Assembly (NCBI GenBank): GCA_965204735.1
Contig: OZ242008.1
Coordinates: 3,968,001 to 4,032,000, forward strand
Reading direction: 5' to 3'
Length of the DNA stretch: 64,000 nucleotides
Origin: Longimicrobiales bacterium
GTDB lineage: Bacteria; Gemmatimonadota; Gemmatimonadetes; Longimicrobiales; Gaopeijiaceae
Shown: positions 40,296 through 50,697 of the stretch, piece after piece
How the letters are laid out: each line of letters opens with the position of its first letter
Position numbering within the stretch: position 1 is the stretch's first letter
The notes under the pieces: model-generated
The model's database searches: none
The model's input: only the letters and a program-made list of their open reading frames with translations
Told to the model about the DNA's origin: nothing
Made by a program: the position numbers and the translations under genes

Positions 40296-41587
40296 AGGAA
40301 GTCCGCGCACCGGGCGCGTGGGCGGCGACGCTGGCGGCGGCGCTGGTCCCGACCGTCTGCGGGCCGGACAGTGGACGACCGGGAGAGCAGGTCGGCGCGG
40401 GCACCGTGCACCGCGACTCGTCGGGCGTCGCAATAGCCGAAGCCGCTTGGCCGCTGTGGGGCGAGGGAGACGGCTGGACGGTCGTCGAGCCGCCTCTGCT
40501 GGAGATCGGAACCGCCACCGGAGACCCCGACTACCAGCTGGCCGACGTGAGCGGCGCGGCGAGGCTGGCGAGCGGCGGCATCGTCGTCGCCGTGCAAGGG
40601 TCGAACGAGTTGCGGTGGTTCAGCGAGGACGGGGCGTTCATCCGCCGCGCAGGCGGCGAGGGAGAGGGCCCCGGCGAGTTCAGCGGCTTGAGCTTCGTGG
40701 ACGTCCTGCCGGGAGATTCGGTGGCAGCCTTCGACGACCGGCTGGAAAGGGTTCACGTCTTCGGTCCCGACGGCGTTCTGTCTCGGACCTTGCGGATCGA
40801 GCGGCCCAGGCCGGGAACCCAACCCCACATTGCCGTGGGACTCGCGACCGGCGGTTTGCTGGTGCGCTTCATGGACTACAGCGTGGAGGCGGAGTCGGGG
40901 ATCGTCCGCTGGCCCGGAGAGGTCCTCGCTCTCGTGAGCCTGGAGGACGGATCGTCGCAAGCGATCGCCGACGTGCCGGGCCGCGAGGCCGACGTGACGT
41001 TTCGCGAAGGCGGCGGCTACATCCACGGGGCCTACCTCTTCGCGAAGGGACCTGTGTTCGCCGTGTTCAACGCTCGCCTTGCTCTGGCGGGCGACGAGGA
41101 GTACACGATCCGAATCACGGGAGTGGACGGCTCCTCGCCCCTTTCCGTCAGGCGCGACATGGCTGTCCAGCGCGCCACCCAAGCCCACCTGGACACGACA
41201 GTTGCCGCCGTCCTTGCAACGGTGTTCCCCGAAGGGGGGGACCACTCCCCTGAGGATGTTGCGCGCTTGGAGGAGATCTGGCGACGGGGGCCCATGGCCG
41301 AAACGTTGCCCGTCCTGCGGTCCATGCACTACGACGCCGCGGGCAACCTGTGGGTCGAGCCCTTCTACGTCCGGGGTTCCGACATCCCGCCCTACCAAGT
41401 GTTCGCGCCGGACGGGACTTGGCTGGCCGAAGTCGCCCTCCCCTCTGGCCTCGACCGCGGCTGGGTAGCCGAAATGGCGCCCCGCCTGGAGCTTGGCGCC
41501 GACTACGTGCTGGGCGTGTGGACGGACGACCTGGACGTACAGCGAGTGAGGATGTATCGGCTGGAGAAGGTCGCCGGCAAGCAGTAG
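40292..41587 (+). CDS. Exported 6-bladed beta-propeller protein (DUF5128-like)
   Basis: GGEGEGPGEF motif, DAAGNLWV, VFAPDGTWL, C-terminal DDLDVQRVRMYRL. Confidence 0.8.
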   Translation: MKEVRAPGAWAATLAAALVPTVCGPDSGRPGEQVGAGTVHRDSSGVAIAEAAWPLWGEGDGWTVVEPPLLEIGTATGDPDYQLADVSGAARLASGGIVVAVQGSNELRWFSEDGAFIRRAGGEGEGPGEFSGLSFVDVLPGDSVAAFDDRLERVHVFGPDGVLSRTLRIERPRPGTQPHIAVGLATGGLLVRFMDYSVEAESGIVRWPGEVLALVSLEDGSSQAIADVPGREADVTFREGGGYIHGAYLFAKGPVFAVFNARLALAGDEEYTIRITGVDGSSPLSVRRDMAVQRATQAHLDTTVAAVLATVFPEGGDHSPEDVARLEEIWRRGPMAETLPVLRSMHYDAAGNLWVEPFYVRGSDIPPYQVFAPDGTWLAEVALPSGLDRGWVAEMAPRLELGADYVLGVWTDDLDVQRVRMYRLEKVAGKQ

Positions 41588-41600
41588 GCCTGCTGGGTCA

Positions 41601-42755
41601 TTATCCGCCATCCTGGGAGACCGGCTCGCCTCCGGCAGCATCTTCGTCGCCAGGGACGACGGAAACGGCCAGCTCCATCGCGTAGCCGTCGTAGCTTGCC
41701 AAGTAGGCTCCGTTCGGGGTGCGGTCCCATACGCGATACGCCTTGTCGTGGAGTGTGGAGGCCAGGACGGCGCCGTCTGGGGTCACGACCGTCCAGAGGC
41801 TGTAGGGGCGTCCGCGTCGGTCGGAGTAGTAAAGTGCCACGTTCAAGATGTCGCCGCCCGTGGTTTCTCCAACGTACATGGATCGGTTCCACCTGAACTG
41901 ATACAACGTGCCGGGACTTTCGGGCGCCGTGGCCCGCGTCAGTTCGGAGGACGAGATCACGTCCTCGTCTTCCACAATCCGAACGGGCCGGCCGGGGTCA
42001 AGTTGCACGTACCGGGTGATTCTGAACGGAGCCAAGTCGGACACCAGCAGGTCCCCGTCGCTGGTCCGTCCCATCGCGTTGCCGGTGAGGTAGTTCGCGA
42101 CGCGCCAGTCTTCGTGTTCGAAGCCGGGATGCCAATTGGACGACAGAGTTCCGTGAAGGTCGAATCGATGCACCGAGCGCCCATAATTCGAATCGCCGGG
42201 GTAGGCGCCACCGCCTATGACGAATCCCCCGTCCTCCAAGGCGACAAAGCTCCAGGTCTGCATGGGAGGCAGCTCCGAGTGACGACTTTCGCTTCGGTCC
42301 CTTGCTCCCATTTGCAGCTCGTCCCTGCCGAGAATCAGGAAGGTAGAGTCGCCCACGACGGAGATCCGCCTGATTTCGTCCACACTCTTGGTTGCCGAGC
42401 CGCGCCACGTCGCCTTGCGAGGACGGCTTCCGTCGGGTTGCAGCTCCCACACTTCGGCGCTTTCCCCATCCCCCACCCAGAGAGTGCCGTCGGGCCACGC
42501 CGCCATCCCGGCGACCCCGTGGAAGTCGGCGTGGACGCCCGTCCTCCACGACTCGACGACTTGCATCGACATCGGGCCGCGCTCCTCGACGGGAGCTTGG
42601 GGTTGCCCCGTGCCTCGGATCAGCCCCGTGTCGCGCTGGCACCCAGTGGCCACGACGACGAGGCCCAGCACGGCGGCGAGGAAGAGGTCCCGCGGGCCTG
42701 ATTCGGCGGAGCGAGACCCTGGCCGCGCTCGGCGGGTTCTGCACGGTCTCGTCAT
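41601..42755 (-). CDS. Lipoprotein, divergent beta-propeller-like
   Basis: Lipobox ATGC; blade-like repeats PDGTLWVGD, EDGGFVIG, SDGDLLVSD, TPDGAVL; lacks the GPGE motif. Confidence 0.65.
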   Translation of the reverse strand: MTRPCRTRRARPGSRSAESGPRDLFLAAVLGLVVVATGCQRDTGLIRGTGQPQAPVEERGPMSMQVVESWRTGVHADFHGVAGMAAWPDGTLWVGDGESAEVWELQPDGSRPRKATWRGSATKSVDEIRRISVVGDSTFLILGRDELQMGARDRSESRHSELPPMQTWSFVALEDGGFVIGGGAYPGDSNYGRSVHRFDLHGTLSSNWHPGFEHEDWRVANYLTGNAMGRTSDGDLLVSDLAPFRITRYVQLDPGRPVRIVEDEDVISSSELTRATAPESPGTLYQFRWNRSMYVGETTGGDILNVALYYSDRRGRPYSLWTVVTPDGAVLASTLHDKAYRVWDRTPNGAYLASYDGYAMELAVSVVPGDEDAAGGEPVSQDGG

Positions 42756-43957
42756 CTAAAGCTCTCTCCGGTCGGGTGCGACAGTGCCACTCGCACTTCG
42801 AGCCTCGGATACGGCAGCAGCCACATGGCGACTTGGCGGACGGAGTCCATGGCAGCCACCAGCGGCAACGCGTCGATCAGCGCTCCTCGGCCGGTTGCGG
42901 CGTCGACCAAGTACGTTCTCGTGGACGGCTCGGCGGCGCCCGATCGCACGTCCTGGGGATTGCCTCTCAAGTACTGGAGCAGGACATGGCTGGACGCGAC
43001 GCGAGTCACGGAGACCAAGTTGTCCTGCACTTCCCTTGCCGAGAAGGAGACGGCCGCTTGTCCGTCGGCAGAGGTAGTCTCCGTGATCTTCATTTGCGCG
43101 TAGCCGTCGATTCCGACCTCCCAGGCGAGCGTTCCGTCGCGAGCATCGTATCCGCGGAGCACGGGGAGCAGCTCGAAGGCGAAGACCACGCGAACGGGAT
43201 CGCCCAAGCATGCGATTCGTCCGTCCGAGAGCTGATCCTGAACTAGCCAGCTCTCCGATCTGTACCCGCGGCCGAAGCTCCGGCGCCGCCCATTGGAAGC
43301 TGCGGAGGCGCGGTGAATGATCGCGTCGCTGGACCTCTGCCAGCCGGCCGCAAAGACCCGGTTTCCGTGCGCGCACATGCCCTCGGGGGCGAGGGACAGT
43401 TGGACGCTGGATTCGACCTGATACCCCTCTTCCGTGGGGGTGAAGACCTTGAGCGCGGCCCCGCGGTCCGCAACGGCCACTCGCCCGTTGGGCAACAACT
43501 CAAGCGCGCTGGGGTCGCGGAACTCGCCTGGTCCCTGACCCGGCTTGCCGATCGCCGCGACGAATGTCCCTCGAGAATCGAAGATGCGGACCTGGGCGTT
43601 GTGCCGGTCCAGTACGTACACGTTGCCGTGTTCGTCCAGCTCCACGTCGGCAATCAACCCGAACACGTGCGGGTCGTCGACGGCGCCGGCCCCAAGCCGA
43701 CCGATCTCGGCCACTCTCCGAACATTCAAGAGGGCGGATCGGGCATCTCGCCACTCCGAGAGCGCCTGCGGACTCATGCCGGCGGGAATCGAATCCGACG
43801 TGACCAGATAGTCCCGCCGATGCGGCAGGTTCTCGGAAGTCGGGTGGACGGTCTCCGTTTCCATGTCGCAGGCAAGCACCGAGGTTCCCATCGCCACCAG
43901 CAGGCCCTTGGCCAGCAGCAGCGACCAGGCGGTCCGTCCGGGGGGCGTTGGCGTCAT
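42752..43957 (-). CDS. 6-bladed beta-propeller lipoprotein (NHL/DUF5128-like)
   Basis: Lipobox VLAC; DEHGNVYVLD...IFDSRG...GKPGQGPGEF. Confidence 0.82.
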   Translation of the reverse strand: MTPTPPGRTAWSLLLAKGLLVAMGTSVLACDMETETVHPTSENLPHRRDYLVTSDSIPAGMSPQALSEWRDARSALLNVRRVAEIGRLGAGAVDDPHVFGLIADVELDEHGNVYVLDRHNAQVRIFDSRGTFVAAIGKPGQGPGEFRDPSALELLPNGRVAVADRGAALKVFTPTEEGYQVESSVQLSLAPEGMCAHGNRVFAAGWQRSSDAIIHRASAASNGRRRSFGRGYRSESWLVQDQLSDGRIACLGDPVRVVFAFELLPVLRGYDARDGTLAWEVGIDGYAQMKITETTSADGQAAVSFSAREVQDNLVSVTRVASSHVLLQYLRGNPQDVRSGAAEPSTRTYLVDAATGRGALIDALPLVAAMDSVRQVAMWLLPYPRLEVRVALSHPTGESFR

Positions 43958-45087
43958 CCGGAGGGAGTTCTCGTCAGGTACGGCTCCACGACCTTGACGC
44001 GCAGGTCGCCGGCAGGAGTCTCGGTCACCGCGTACATGAGCTTGCTGCCGCAGACGGGAGACAGCCTTTCCTCGTGCTCGCCGACGGCGACGAGGCGGCC
44101 GGAGGACGGATCGACCACCTCGACTCGGTGGTCGAAGGTGTCGCGGTGCCAGGTGGGGCGTGGGTTGAACGGAATGCCCGGACGCCAATCCGGATCCGGC
44201 AGCAAGACGTACGTCCAAAGGAGTCCTTCGTCGTCCTCCCATACGTGGTGCAGCGCTGCCGGAGGCGGATCGGACTCGTACACGTCGGCGCTGAACTCCG
44301 GGTATGCTGGAAACCAGTCGGCTTCCCGCGCCAAAGTACGCTTCAGGGCAAGCGACCGACCGGACGCGCCCCGCACGCTCCACTCGTTGACGGCGTAGCG
44401 CCACATGCTGGCCGCCCAGAAGGTCGCTTCCATCCCGGGACGAGGGCTTGCAAGAGCTCGCTCAAGGTCCGGCTCGGCGACCATGGACGGGCCGAACGTC
44501 TCGATTTCCCGCCCGTCCGCGTCAACCAGGGCGAAGATGTCGTCGCCGGGACTCGTCACGGATCGAGCGAAGACGAAGTCTCCCGTGCCCAGACGAGCAA
44601 ACCGGCGAAACGGCGCCGGCATCTGGAAGGAGCGGACGTATTCGCCGCGAGAGGTCAGGACCTGCAACCGGTTGTTCCCGTCGTCCGCGACGAAGAGCGT
44701 GTCGCCCGGCCCTACCCAGATGCGGGCCATGCCCTGCACTTCGCCGGGGCCCTGGCCTTGGCGAACCATGGCCTTCGCGAACCGCCCGTCCGCGTCGTAG
44801 ACGAAGATGTCGCCGCCGCCTGCAACCCCGCCCAGCAAGAACTCGCCCGTGCTCAGCTGCGCGAGCATGCACCCGTCTCCCGCCGCCCTGTCCCACACCG
44901 AACCAGGGTCGTCGTCGCTTCCCAGCAACGCGACTGGCCGGAAGGCGATCTCGCAGTCGGGGCACGACATGGGCTCGTCGATCACATCCGGAGGCGCAGA
45001 CCCGTGCCCGGTCGGCGAACACGCCGCCATCGACAGCGACAGGACGATTCGCGCTGCGCGGCCCGTACACCAGCGCCCGGCCGTCAT
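43954..45087 (-). CDS. 6-bladed beta-propeller lipoprotein
   Basis: Lipobox MAAC; CPDC; VYDADG...RQGQGPGEV; GPGDTLFVAD. Confidence 0.82.
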   Translation of the reverse strand: MTAGRWCTGRAARIVLSLSMAACSPTGHGSAPPDVIDEPMSCPDCEIAFRPVALLGSDDDPGSVWDRAAGDGCMLAQLSTGEFLLGGVAGGGDIFVYDADGRFAKAMVRQGQGPGEVQGMARIWVGPGDTLFVADDGNNRLQVLTSRGEYVRSFQMPAPFRRFARLGTGDFVFARSVTSPGDDIFALVDADGREIETFGPSMVAEPDLERALASPRPGMEATFWAASMWRYAVNEWSVRGASGRSLALKRTLAREADWFPAYPEFSADVYESDPPPAALHHVWEDDEGLLWTYVLLPDPDWRPGIPFNPRPTWHRDTFDHRVEVVDPSSGRLVAVGEHEERLSPVCGSKLMYAVTETPAGDLRVKVVEPYLTRTPSG

Positions 45088-45164
45088 GTTCCCTCCCCTG
45101 ACTTGAAGTTCTGCCGCACTGTTGCGGCTACCCTGGAAACGCAGGTCGGGTCAGGTGTGCTGGG

Positions 45165-46007
45165 TCACTTTCCGCCAACCCGGGCGGCGTGGATGCGGGC
45201 TTGCTTCCGCGCGGCAAGGGCTCGAAGGATCGCCATGGCCACTTCTCCCACGCCTCCTTGCTTCCGTATCTCCGACGGAGGAGCGCCCAGGGTGCGACGC
45301 ACCAGCCGGCGGTAGTTGGCGTAGTCGGAGAAGCCGATGGCGAGGGCCACGGCGCCCGAGGGTTGCCCGCTCCACTCCGCCAAGCGTTCCACGGTGAAGA
45401 TGCGGCCCAGGGCAAGGAGACGCCCGGGAGTCGGAACGCCCAGCGCGGCGCACCGCCGCCACAGCGTCCTTTGGGAGAGTCCGAGTTCGGCGGCGAGTTC
45501 CGGCACCGAGCACGGAGCCACCGCCAGTCCGAGGACGCAGGCGAAGGTCTCTTCCGTCTGCCGGTCCGCGCGGCGGCCGATTTCGTCGAGCAGTCGCCGG
45601 ACCCTGCGCGCGCCAGCGGCCCGCAGCACGGCCGACTCGACAGCGGCAAGGTCGTCGCCGGCCCCCGGCTGGAGAACCGCCGCGACCGAATACCCGCCGT
45701 CTTGCACGCGCCAAGCCCGAAGCGCGGACGGCTCTCCGTAGCAGACCAGGGAGACCGACGAGCCCCGGAGCACGCGGATCGAATCGGCCGAGGTCGGGTC
45801 CGCGTCGCCGGCAAAGGCCGGGTCGACGACGGCGGGCGAGCGGGGGTGCGCCGCGACGAGCTCTCCCAGTTCCTGCCAGCCGGAGGCGAAGACGGCCGGG
45901 CCGACAATGCGCGACGCCGGCCCACTTCCTGCGACTGCCCGGAGGCGGTAGCGTGCGTCCGCGTCGCCGTGGAGCGCCAGAAGCGGCGGCGGGGCTTGGC
46001 GGCTCAA
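45165..46007 (-). CDS. AraC-type HTH transcriptional regulator
   Basis: SVPELAAELGLSQRTLWRR...VALAIGFSDYANYRRLVRRTLGAPP; TTG start overlaps the upstream stop. Confidence 0.8.
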   Translation of the reverse strand: MSRQAPPPLLALHGDADARYRLRAVAGSGPASRIVGPAVFASGWQELGELVAAHPRSPAVVDPAFAGDADPTSADSIRVLRGSSVSLVCYGEPSALRAWRVQDGGYSVAAVLQPGAGDDLAAVESAVLRAAGARRVRRLLDEIGRRADRQTEETFACVLGLAVAPCSVPELAAELGLSQRTLWRRCAALGVPTPGRLLALGRIFTVERLAEWSGQPSGAVALAIGFSDYANYRRLVRRTLGAPPSEIRKQGGVGEVAMAILRALAARKQARIHAARVGGK

Positions 46008-47215
46008 GCAGAAGCCGTTGCCGAAAGCGGGGTCGGCCGACGCTTGGCGAGCAGGACGGTGGCCGCGCTCCCCAGCAATCCCAGCAGAGCTGCAGCCCCT
46101 GCGTTGGGGGATGTCCCGCCCACCAACCCGAAGAAGAGGAGCCCAACGGTCAGGCAAGCCCACGAAACGCCGAACTCTCCCAGCGGCGCGACGTCGACGT
46201 TCGGCGGCCAAGCCCACACGCGCCGACGGGTCTGCGTCGGTGCAGGCGCTGGCGCCGGGGCCGCGTTGAGTGCGACCCGAACGATCTCGTCCACCTTGTG
46301 CTCGGGGAGCGCCGCGCCACGGACCAAGGCTCGCCGGAGGCCGGTCAAGAATCGGAACATCTCGGCTTCGGCCTCGTTGTCGAGGACGACGTCGCGCCCT
46401 GCGTCGTCGCCGCCCTCGCGGTCGTCGGTCTTCACCGCGGCCGTGATCAATCGATCCATCGCCGCCATGTCCAGCGGGCGAGACCGGGTCGCGCGGCCCG
46501 GCGCCGGAAGGAGATCGCGGAGCTCGTAGCCCTGCATCCGCAAGAGGCGCCAAGTCGCAACAAGGGGCACGGTCAGGGGAAGGAGCAGCAAGAGCCACGC
46601 CACCGAAACGCCGTAGCGACCGACCAACGCCCCGGCGCCCATCACGGGAAACCAGAACACGGCGACCAGCGCCAAGCAGGCGACCCACCGAACAAGTTGG
46701 CGGCGCCAACGGGGGAGCCGTCGCGTGCGCTGCCCGACCAGAGCGCCCGCTACTCCCGACAGCAAGACGAAGAAGCCTATGGCAACGGGTACCACGACCA
46801 TGACCTCCGTGAAGTTGACAGGATGACTGGGCAGACCCGCTGCAGTGCGCATGCTGTAAAGGACAAGGTCCGACGCGATTGGGCCGAATCCGCTCAAGAG
46901 CCAAGCGCCCAGCGCCATGGCGACGAGGCGGCTCCAGTCGTGCTTGCGGCTGCCCGGAGCCGTTTCGTCGAATGGTTCGAAGGACGAAAGGGCCGCGGCG
47001 AAGACGGCCGGTGGCACCAGCAGCGAGAGCACGATGCTCGCCGAGCCCCCGCTCATGACGATCCTGTCGGGAACCGGCACGCTGGACCGGAAGCCGTGGA
47101 CGAGGTTCTGGAGCGCGTAAAGCCCGTACAGCGCGGCCAACTTCAGGAAGATGGACGCCGCCCGCTGCCCGAAGTCGTGCCTGAACGAGCCGGGACGACT
47201 ACGCATCGCCGCCAC
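46004..47215 (-). CDS. Polytopic membrane protein of unknown function (candidate anti-sigma/sensor)
   Basis: About 6 N-terminal TMs, a ~100-aa soluble helical segment, 2 C-terminal TMs; directly downstream of an ECF sigma factor. Confidence 0.65.
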   Translation of the reverse strand: MAAMRSRPGSFRHDFGQRAASIFLKLAALYGLYALQNLVHGFRSSVPVPDRIVMSGGSASIVLSLLVPPAVFAAALSSFEPFDETAPGSRKHDWSRLVAMALGAWLLSGFGPIASDLVLYSMRTAAGLPSHPVNFTEVMVVVPVAIGFFVLLSGVAGALVGQRTRRLPRWRRQLVRWVACLALVAVFWFPVMGAGALVGRYGVSVAWLLLLLPLTVPLVATWRLLRMQGYELRDLLPAPGRATRSRPLDMAAMDRLITAAVKTDDREGGDDAGRDVVLDNEAEAEMFRFLTGLRRALVRGAALPEHKVDEIVRVALNAAPAPAPAPTQTRRRVWAWPPNVDVAPLGEFGVSWACLTVGLLFFGLVGGTSPNAGAAALLGLLGSAATVLLAKRRPTPLSATASA

Positions 47216-47269
47216 GTACCCTGACCGCCGCGCGCCCCAGTTCCCGATGGGTCGTTTTCCGCCAACACT

Positions 47270-47908
47270 TCATCGCGTCAGCCATTCTCGAAGCTCCTCC
47301 CGCTTGTGGAGCTTGTAGGTGGCCCGGTGCACCAACCTGCGCACGGACGCCGGCGACACGTGAAGGGCTGCCGCGACCTCGGCCGTCGACCTTCCTTCGC
47401 AGTGCGTGAGCACGATCGCTTCCCGTTCCCGCTCAGGCAGCGTTCCCAGGGCTTCCCAGACCGCCTGCTGAAGCTGGCGTTGACGGAAGAGCTCCTCGGG
47501 ATCCGGTCCGCCGCCGGCGAGTTCGCCCAAGCCGTCCAGCGACACGGCAGCGGGTTGGCGAGCGCGTTTCTTGGCGCGGTACAGATCCTTGCAGTGGTTG
47601 AGGCTCACGACGACCGCCCAACCCGTGAAGGAGGACAAGCTGGCCGTGCCGTCGGAGTCGAGGCTGGAGAACTTGTCGATCTGGTTCACGACGCGGATCC
47701 AGCACTTCTGCGAGAGGTCGTCGGCGTCCGCATCGTCGGTCGCGAAAGTGCGAACGGCGCCGCGGAGGTTCGGTGCCGCCAAGCGGACCACGCGTGCCCA
47801 TTCTGCCCGGTCCCGCTCCTGCAACCGGGCAACATCCACCCTCTCGTCGTCCCGCTCTTGCCTGGCGGCGCCGTCCGGCTTCTCCCCGCGGTCGTTGCGT
47901 CGCTTCAC
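47270..47908 (-). CDS. ECF RNA polymerase sigma factor
   Basis: Region 2 DADDLSQKCW...FTGWAVVVSLNHCKD; region 4 LPEREREAIVL...TAEVAAAL...VRRLVHRA. Confidence 0.88.
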   Translation of the reverse strand: MKRRNDRGEKPDGAARQERDDERVDVARLQERDRAEWARVVRLAAPNLRGAVRTFATDDADADDLSQKCWIRVVNQIDKFSSLDSDGTASLSSFTGWAVVVSLNHCKDLYRAKKRARQPAAVSLDGLGELAGGGPDPEELFRQRQLQQAVWEALGTLPEREREAIVLTHCEGRSTAEVAAALHVSPASVRRLVHRATYKLHKREELREWLTR

Positions 47909-48031
47909 CGGAAGCCTCTCCGCTCGTCGGGATCAGCCCAGTCGGATCCTCCCAGCCCGCGAGGCAGCTTGGGACGCTCGACGACCGCCGGCAAGCGGCC
48001 GCAATGGCGGGCGCAGCCGCCCCGACGCCAG

Positions 48032-49288
48032 TCATCGCGACTCCACCACCTGGTAGACGTCCACGTGGCCGAGGCCAAGGCTGTCGCGACGGGCGGTCGC
48101 CAGTCGTCCCTCCAGGCCGAACGCGGGCGCCGTGGACCGTTCCGGCGCAAGCATGGCGCCCACCAGCGCGCCGGTGGAATCGTAGACTTCCCACCGGTTG
48201 CCGGCAGCTCGCACGACCTCCACCCACAGGCGGCCGTCGGGCGCGACGAAGAGGTCCTCGACGAAGGGCATTGCGACAGGCTTGTCCGGCCTGCGCGGCT
48301 CGCAGGCGGCGCTGGGGTTTTCGTCCAGGAAGGCGTAGTACTCCTCGTTGCCCGCCTCCCACTCCTCGTCGGACACCGGTTCCGCGGGCAGCTCCCGCTC
48401 GATGATCCGCACCGTGTCCGCGCCATGCGTGACTGCAATCCGGTACTGGTCGGTCACGGCCGAGTAGATCCTGCCGCCGGGTGCGGGGTGCTGCACGATT
48501 CTGGGGGCGAAGGGGATGGGATAGCTGCGCAGCATCGTTTCGCTGGTGCACCTGATGCCGCTGACCGTGCCCTCCGGCGCGCTCAGGATCGGAAGGGTGT
48601 CCCCCGTGGGTCCCGCGTCGTCGTGGCCGGCGAAGATCATGTCGCCCCTGGCGGGAGAGTAGGTCAGCACGAACGCCTGGTTCGCCAAGACGGGGTAGAG
48701 ACGAAGGGTGCCGCCTCCGCCGCCGATTCCGCCGAACTCGCTGCGCTGGCCCAGCCATTCGCCGCCGGGCGAGAACTCGCCGACCCGTCCGACGCCGAAG
48801 TCCAGCGTCAGCAGCTTGCTTCCCACCCAGGCAAGGGAGTTGAGGTTGCGAAACTCCCCCGGTCCCTCGCCCTGGCGTCCAAAGGTGCGAAGGTGCTCGC
48901 CGGATGAGCCGAAGACCCGGACTTCGCGGTTCAGGCCGTCGGCCACGAAGATGTCGCCGCCGGCTCCGAAGGCGATTCCGTAGACGGAGCCGAACGCCTC
49001 TGGGGTGTCCGAATCGAGTGCCGACCTGGGTCCGATGGAGAGGGTCGGGGCCAGCTCCCACTCCGGGGGCTCGCCGGTGTTGGAGATGTGCACGACGCCG
49101 CCTACGGTGTCGACGCGGGCTGCGAATTCGCTGCCCTCGTCCGCCGGGTCGCCTCCGCAGGTCGCGGCCAGCATGGCTCCAGCCAGTGCCGGTAAGAAGG
49201 CCGCGCAAGTTCGGCAAGCCTTGGGGTTGCGCGTGCGGCTCGGCCGCCTGCTGCCGGCGTCGTTGCGCGATCGGTTGGTCGCGCTCAT
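48032..49288 (-). CDS. 6-bladed beta-propeller lipoprotein
   Basis: Lipobox-like AATC; GDIFVAD...VFGSSG...GRQGEGPGEF; PDGRLWV. Confidence 0.82.
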   Translation of the reverse strand: MSATNRSRNDAGSRRPSRTRNPKACRTCAAFLPALAGAMLAATCGGDPADEGSEFAARVDTVGGVVHISNTGEPPEWELAPTLSIGPRSALDSDTPEAFGSVYGIAFGAGGDIFVADGLNREVRVFGSSGEHLRTFGRQGEGPGEFRNLNSLAWVGSKLLTLDFGVGRVGEFSPGGEWLGQRSEFGGIGGGGGTLRLYPVLANQAFVLTYSPARGDMIFAGHDDAGPTGDTLPILSAPEGTVSGIRCTSETMLRSYPIPFAPRIVQHPAPGGRIYSAVTDQYRIAVTHGADTVRIIERELPAEPVSDEEWEAGNEEYYAFLDENPSAACEPRRPDKPVAMPFVEDLFVAPDGRLWVEVVRAAGNRWEVYDSTGALVGAMLAPERSTAPAFGLEGRLATARRDSLGLGHVDVYQVVESR

Positions 49289-50496
49289 TGCTGGTTGCCT
49301 CGGAGGAAGGGTGGAATGTTCCATTCGCGGATGACAGGATAGGGGTTTTCCACGTACCCCCAAAGCTGGTCGTCGTCGTCGGAAACGGCAAACGCCAGCA
49401 CGTCGTGGTCGAGCTCGAATGCCCGCAGGAAGCGGCCCTCCCAGTCGTACTGGTGCAGCTCGGTGGTCTCGTGCCGTGGCTCGTTCATGCGACGCCCGCT
49501 CCACCGAAGGTAGAAGAAGCGTTGTGTGCCGTAGGCCTCTGCGTAGCCGTACTGGCTGTCCTCTTCCCAGAAGAACCGGTTGTCGGCGACGTGAAATCGG
49601 GCGTCCACGTCGTAGGGTCCTCGCGCCCTGCCGACTATGGCCCCGGTGGTCGAGAAGACGTCGATCTGGTTGCCGAATTGGTATGCCAGGACAAACATGC
49701 CGGCGGCCGGCCGAAGTGCCATGAAGCTTCGGTTGGCGAACCGCAGTCCGGCGCCATGGGAGACGTCCTGCTCGGTGAACGGCTGCGGACCGGTGAAGCG
49801 TCTGATCGATGTGATGCGGCCTGTTTCGGCGATCTTCGCCTTGAGGAAGGGAAACCCGTAGTAGACGCCCTGAATCAGCACCTCGGACGGTCCTGTCCAG
49901 ATCGGGGTCTCCGGCCACCAGGGGACGCCGGCCAAGGACCGCTCTTCGACGATCGAGGGCGAGCCGTCGAGCGAGACGGCGGTCCAGCGAACGTTGCGAA
50001 AGTCGAATACCCAGCGGACGGTCGGCTTCTCCGGGTCGGGGGCGACCATGTGGGGCGCCTGGAACTCGCCCGGACCTTCGCCGTCTCGGCCGAGGCGTGC
50101 CGTCACCTTGCCAGTGGCGATGTCGATCACGGAAATGTGAGGGTCCGTCAGCTCGTCGCCTACAAGCAGCAGGGGACCGGCGGTTGCTATCACCGTGACC
50201 AAGCCGAAGTCTTCGCGGGTCCCCAGCTGACGGCTCGAGGCTATCGACGCGATAGGTCGTTCCGGCGCGGCGGGCCTCCGCCGCTCCCATTCCGGAACGC
50301 CGAAGGAAACGGCCTGATCGTCGGCGACTAGACCTTCACCGACCAGTGCGGCGCCGGGGGCGAACGCCGACTCCACTGGCTCCGTCGCAGCTCCGGCAGC
50401 AGGCGCGAAAAGCTGCAGGCCAGCGACGAGGACTCGCGACGGCGGCACCGTCATGACGTGGCGACGGATGAAGAGGAGTCCTTTGAACATCTTCAC
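49285..50496 (-). CDS. TolB-like 6-bladed beta-propeller (BF3164-like)
   Basis: GRDGEGPGEF; C-terminal HQYDWEGRFLRAFELD...FAVSDDD. Start uncertain. Confidence 0.75.
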   Translation of the reverse strand: MKMFKGLLFIRRHVMTVPPSRVLVAGLQLFAPAAGAATEPVESAFAPGAALVGEGLVADDQAVSFGVPEWERRRPAAPERPIASIASSRQLGTREDFGLVTVIATAGPLLLVGDELTDPHISVIDIATGKVTARLGRDGEGPGEFQAPHMVAPDPEKPTVRWVFDFRNVRWTAVSLDGSPSIVEERSLAGVPWWPETPIWTGPSEVLIQGVYYGFPFLKAKIAETGRITSIRRFTGPQPFTEQDVSHGAGLRFANRSFMALRPAAGMFVLAYQFGNQIDVFSTTGAIVGRARGPYDVDARFHVADNRFFWEEDSQYGYAEAYGTQRFFYLRWSGRRMNEPRHETTELHQYDWEGRFLRAFELDHDVLAFAVSDDDDQLWGYVENPYPVIREWNIPPFLRGNQQ

Positions 50497-50697
50497 GACG
50501 CTTGCCCCTTCCGGTGACGAGCCAGCTTCGCGGAGCTATTCCGCGCGCGCTGCCCACTTGTCGGGTGATCACCCCGAGAACGCCGGAAGCGGGAAGCCCA
50601 ATGGGTCATTTTCCGCCAGCCCGGGCGGAGGCGGCCGAGGCACCTGGAAGGACGGGCTTGCCGGGCGACGTGCAACCCCGGCATGGCCGCCCACGCT

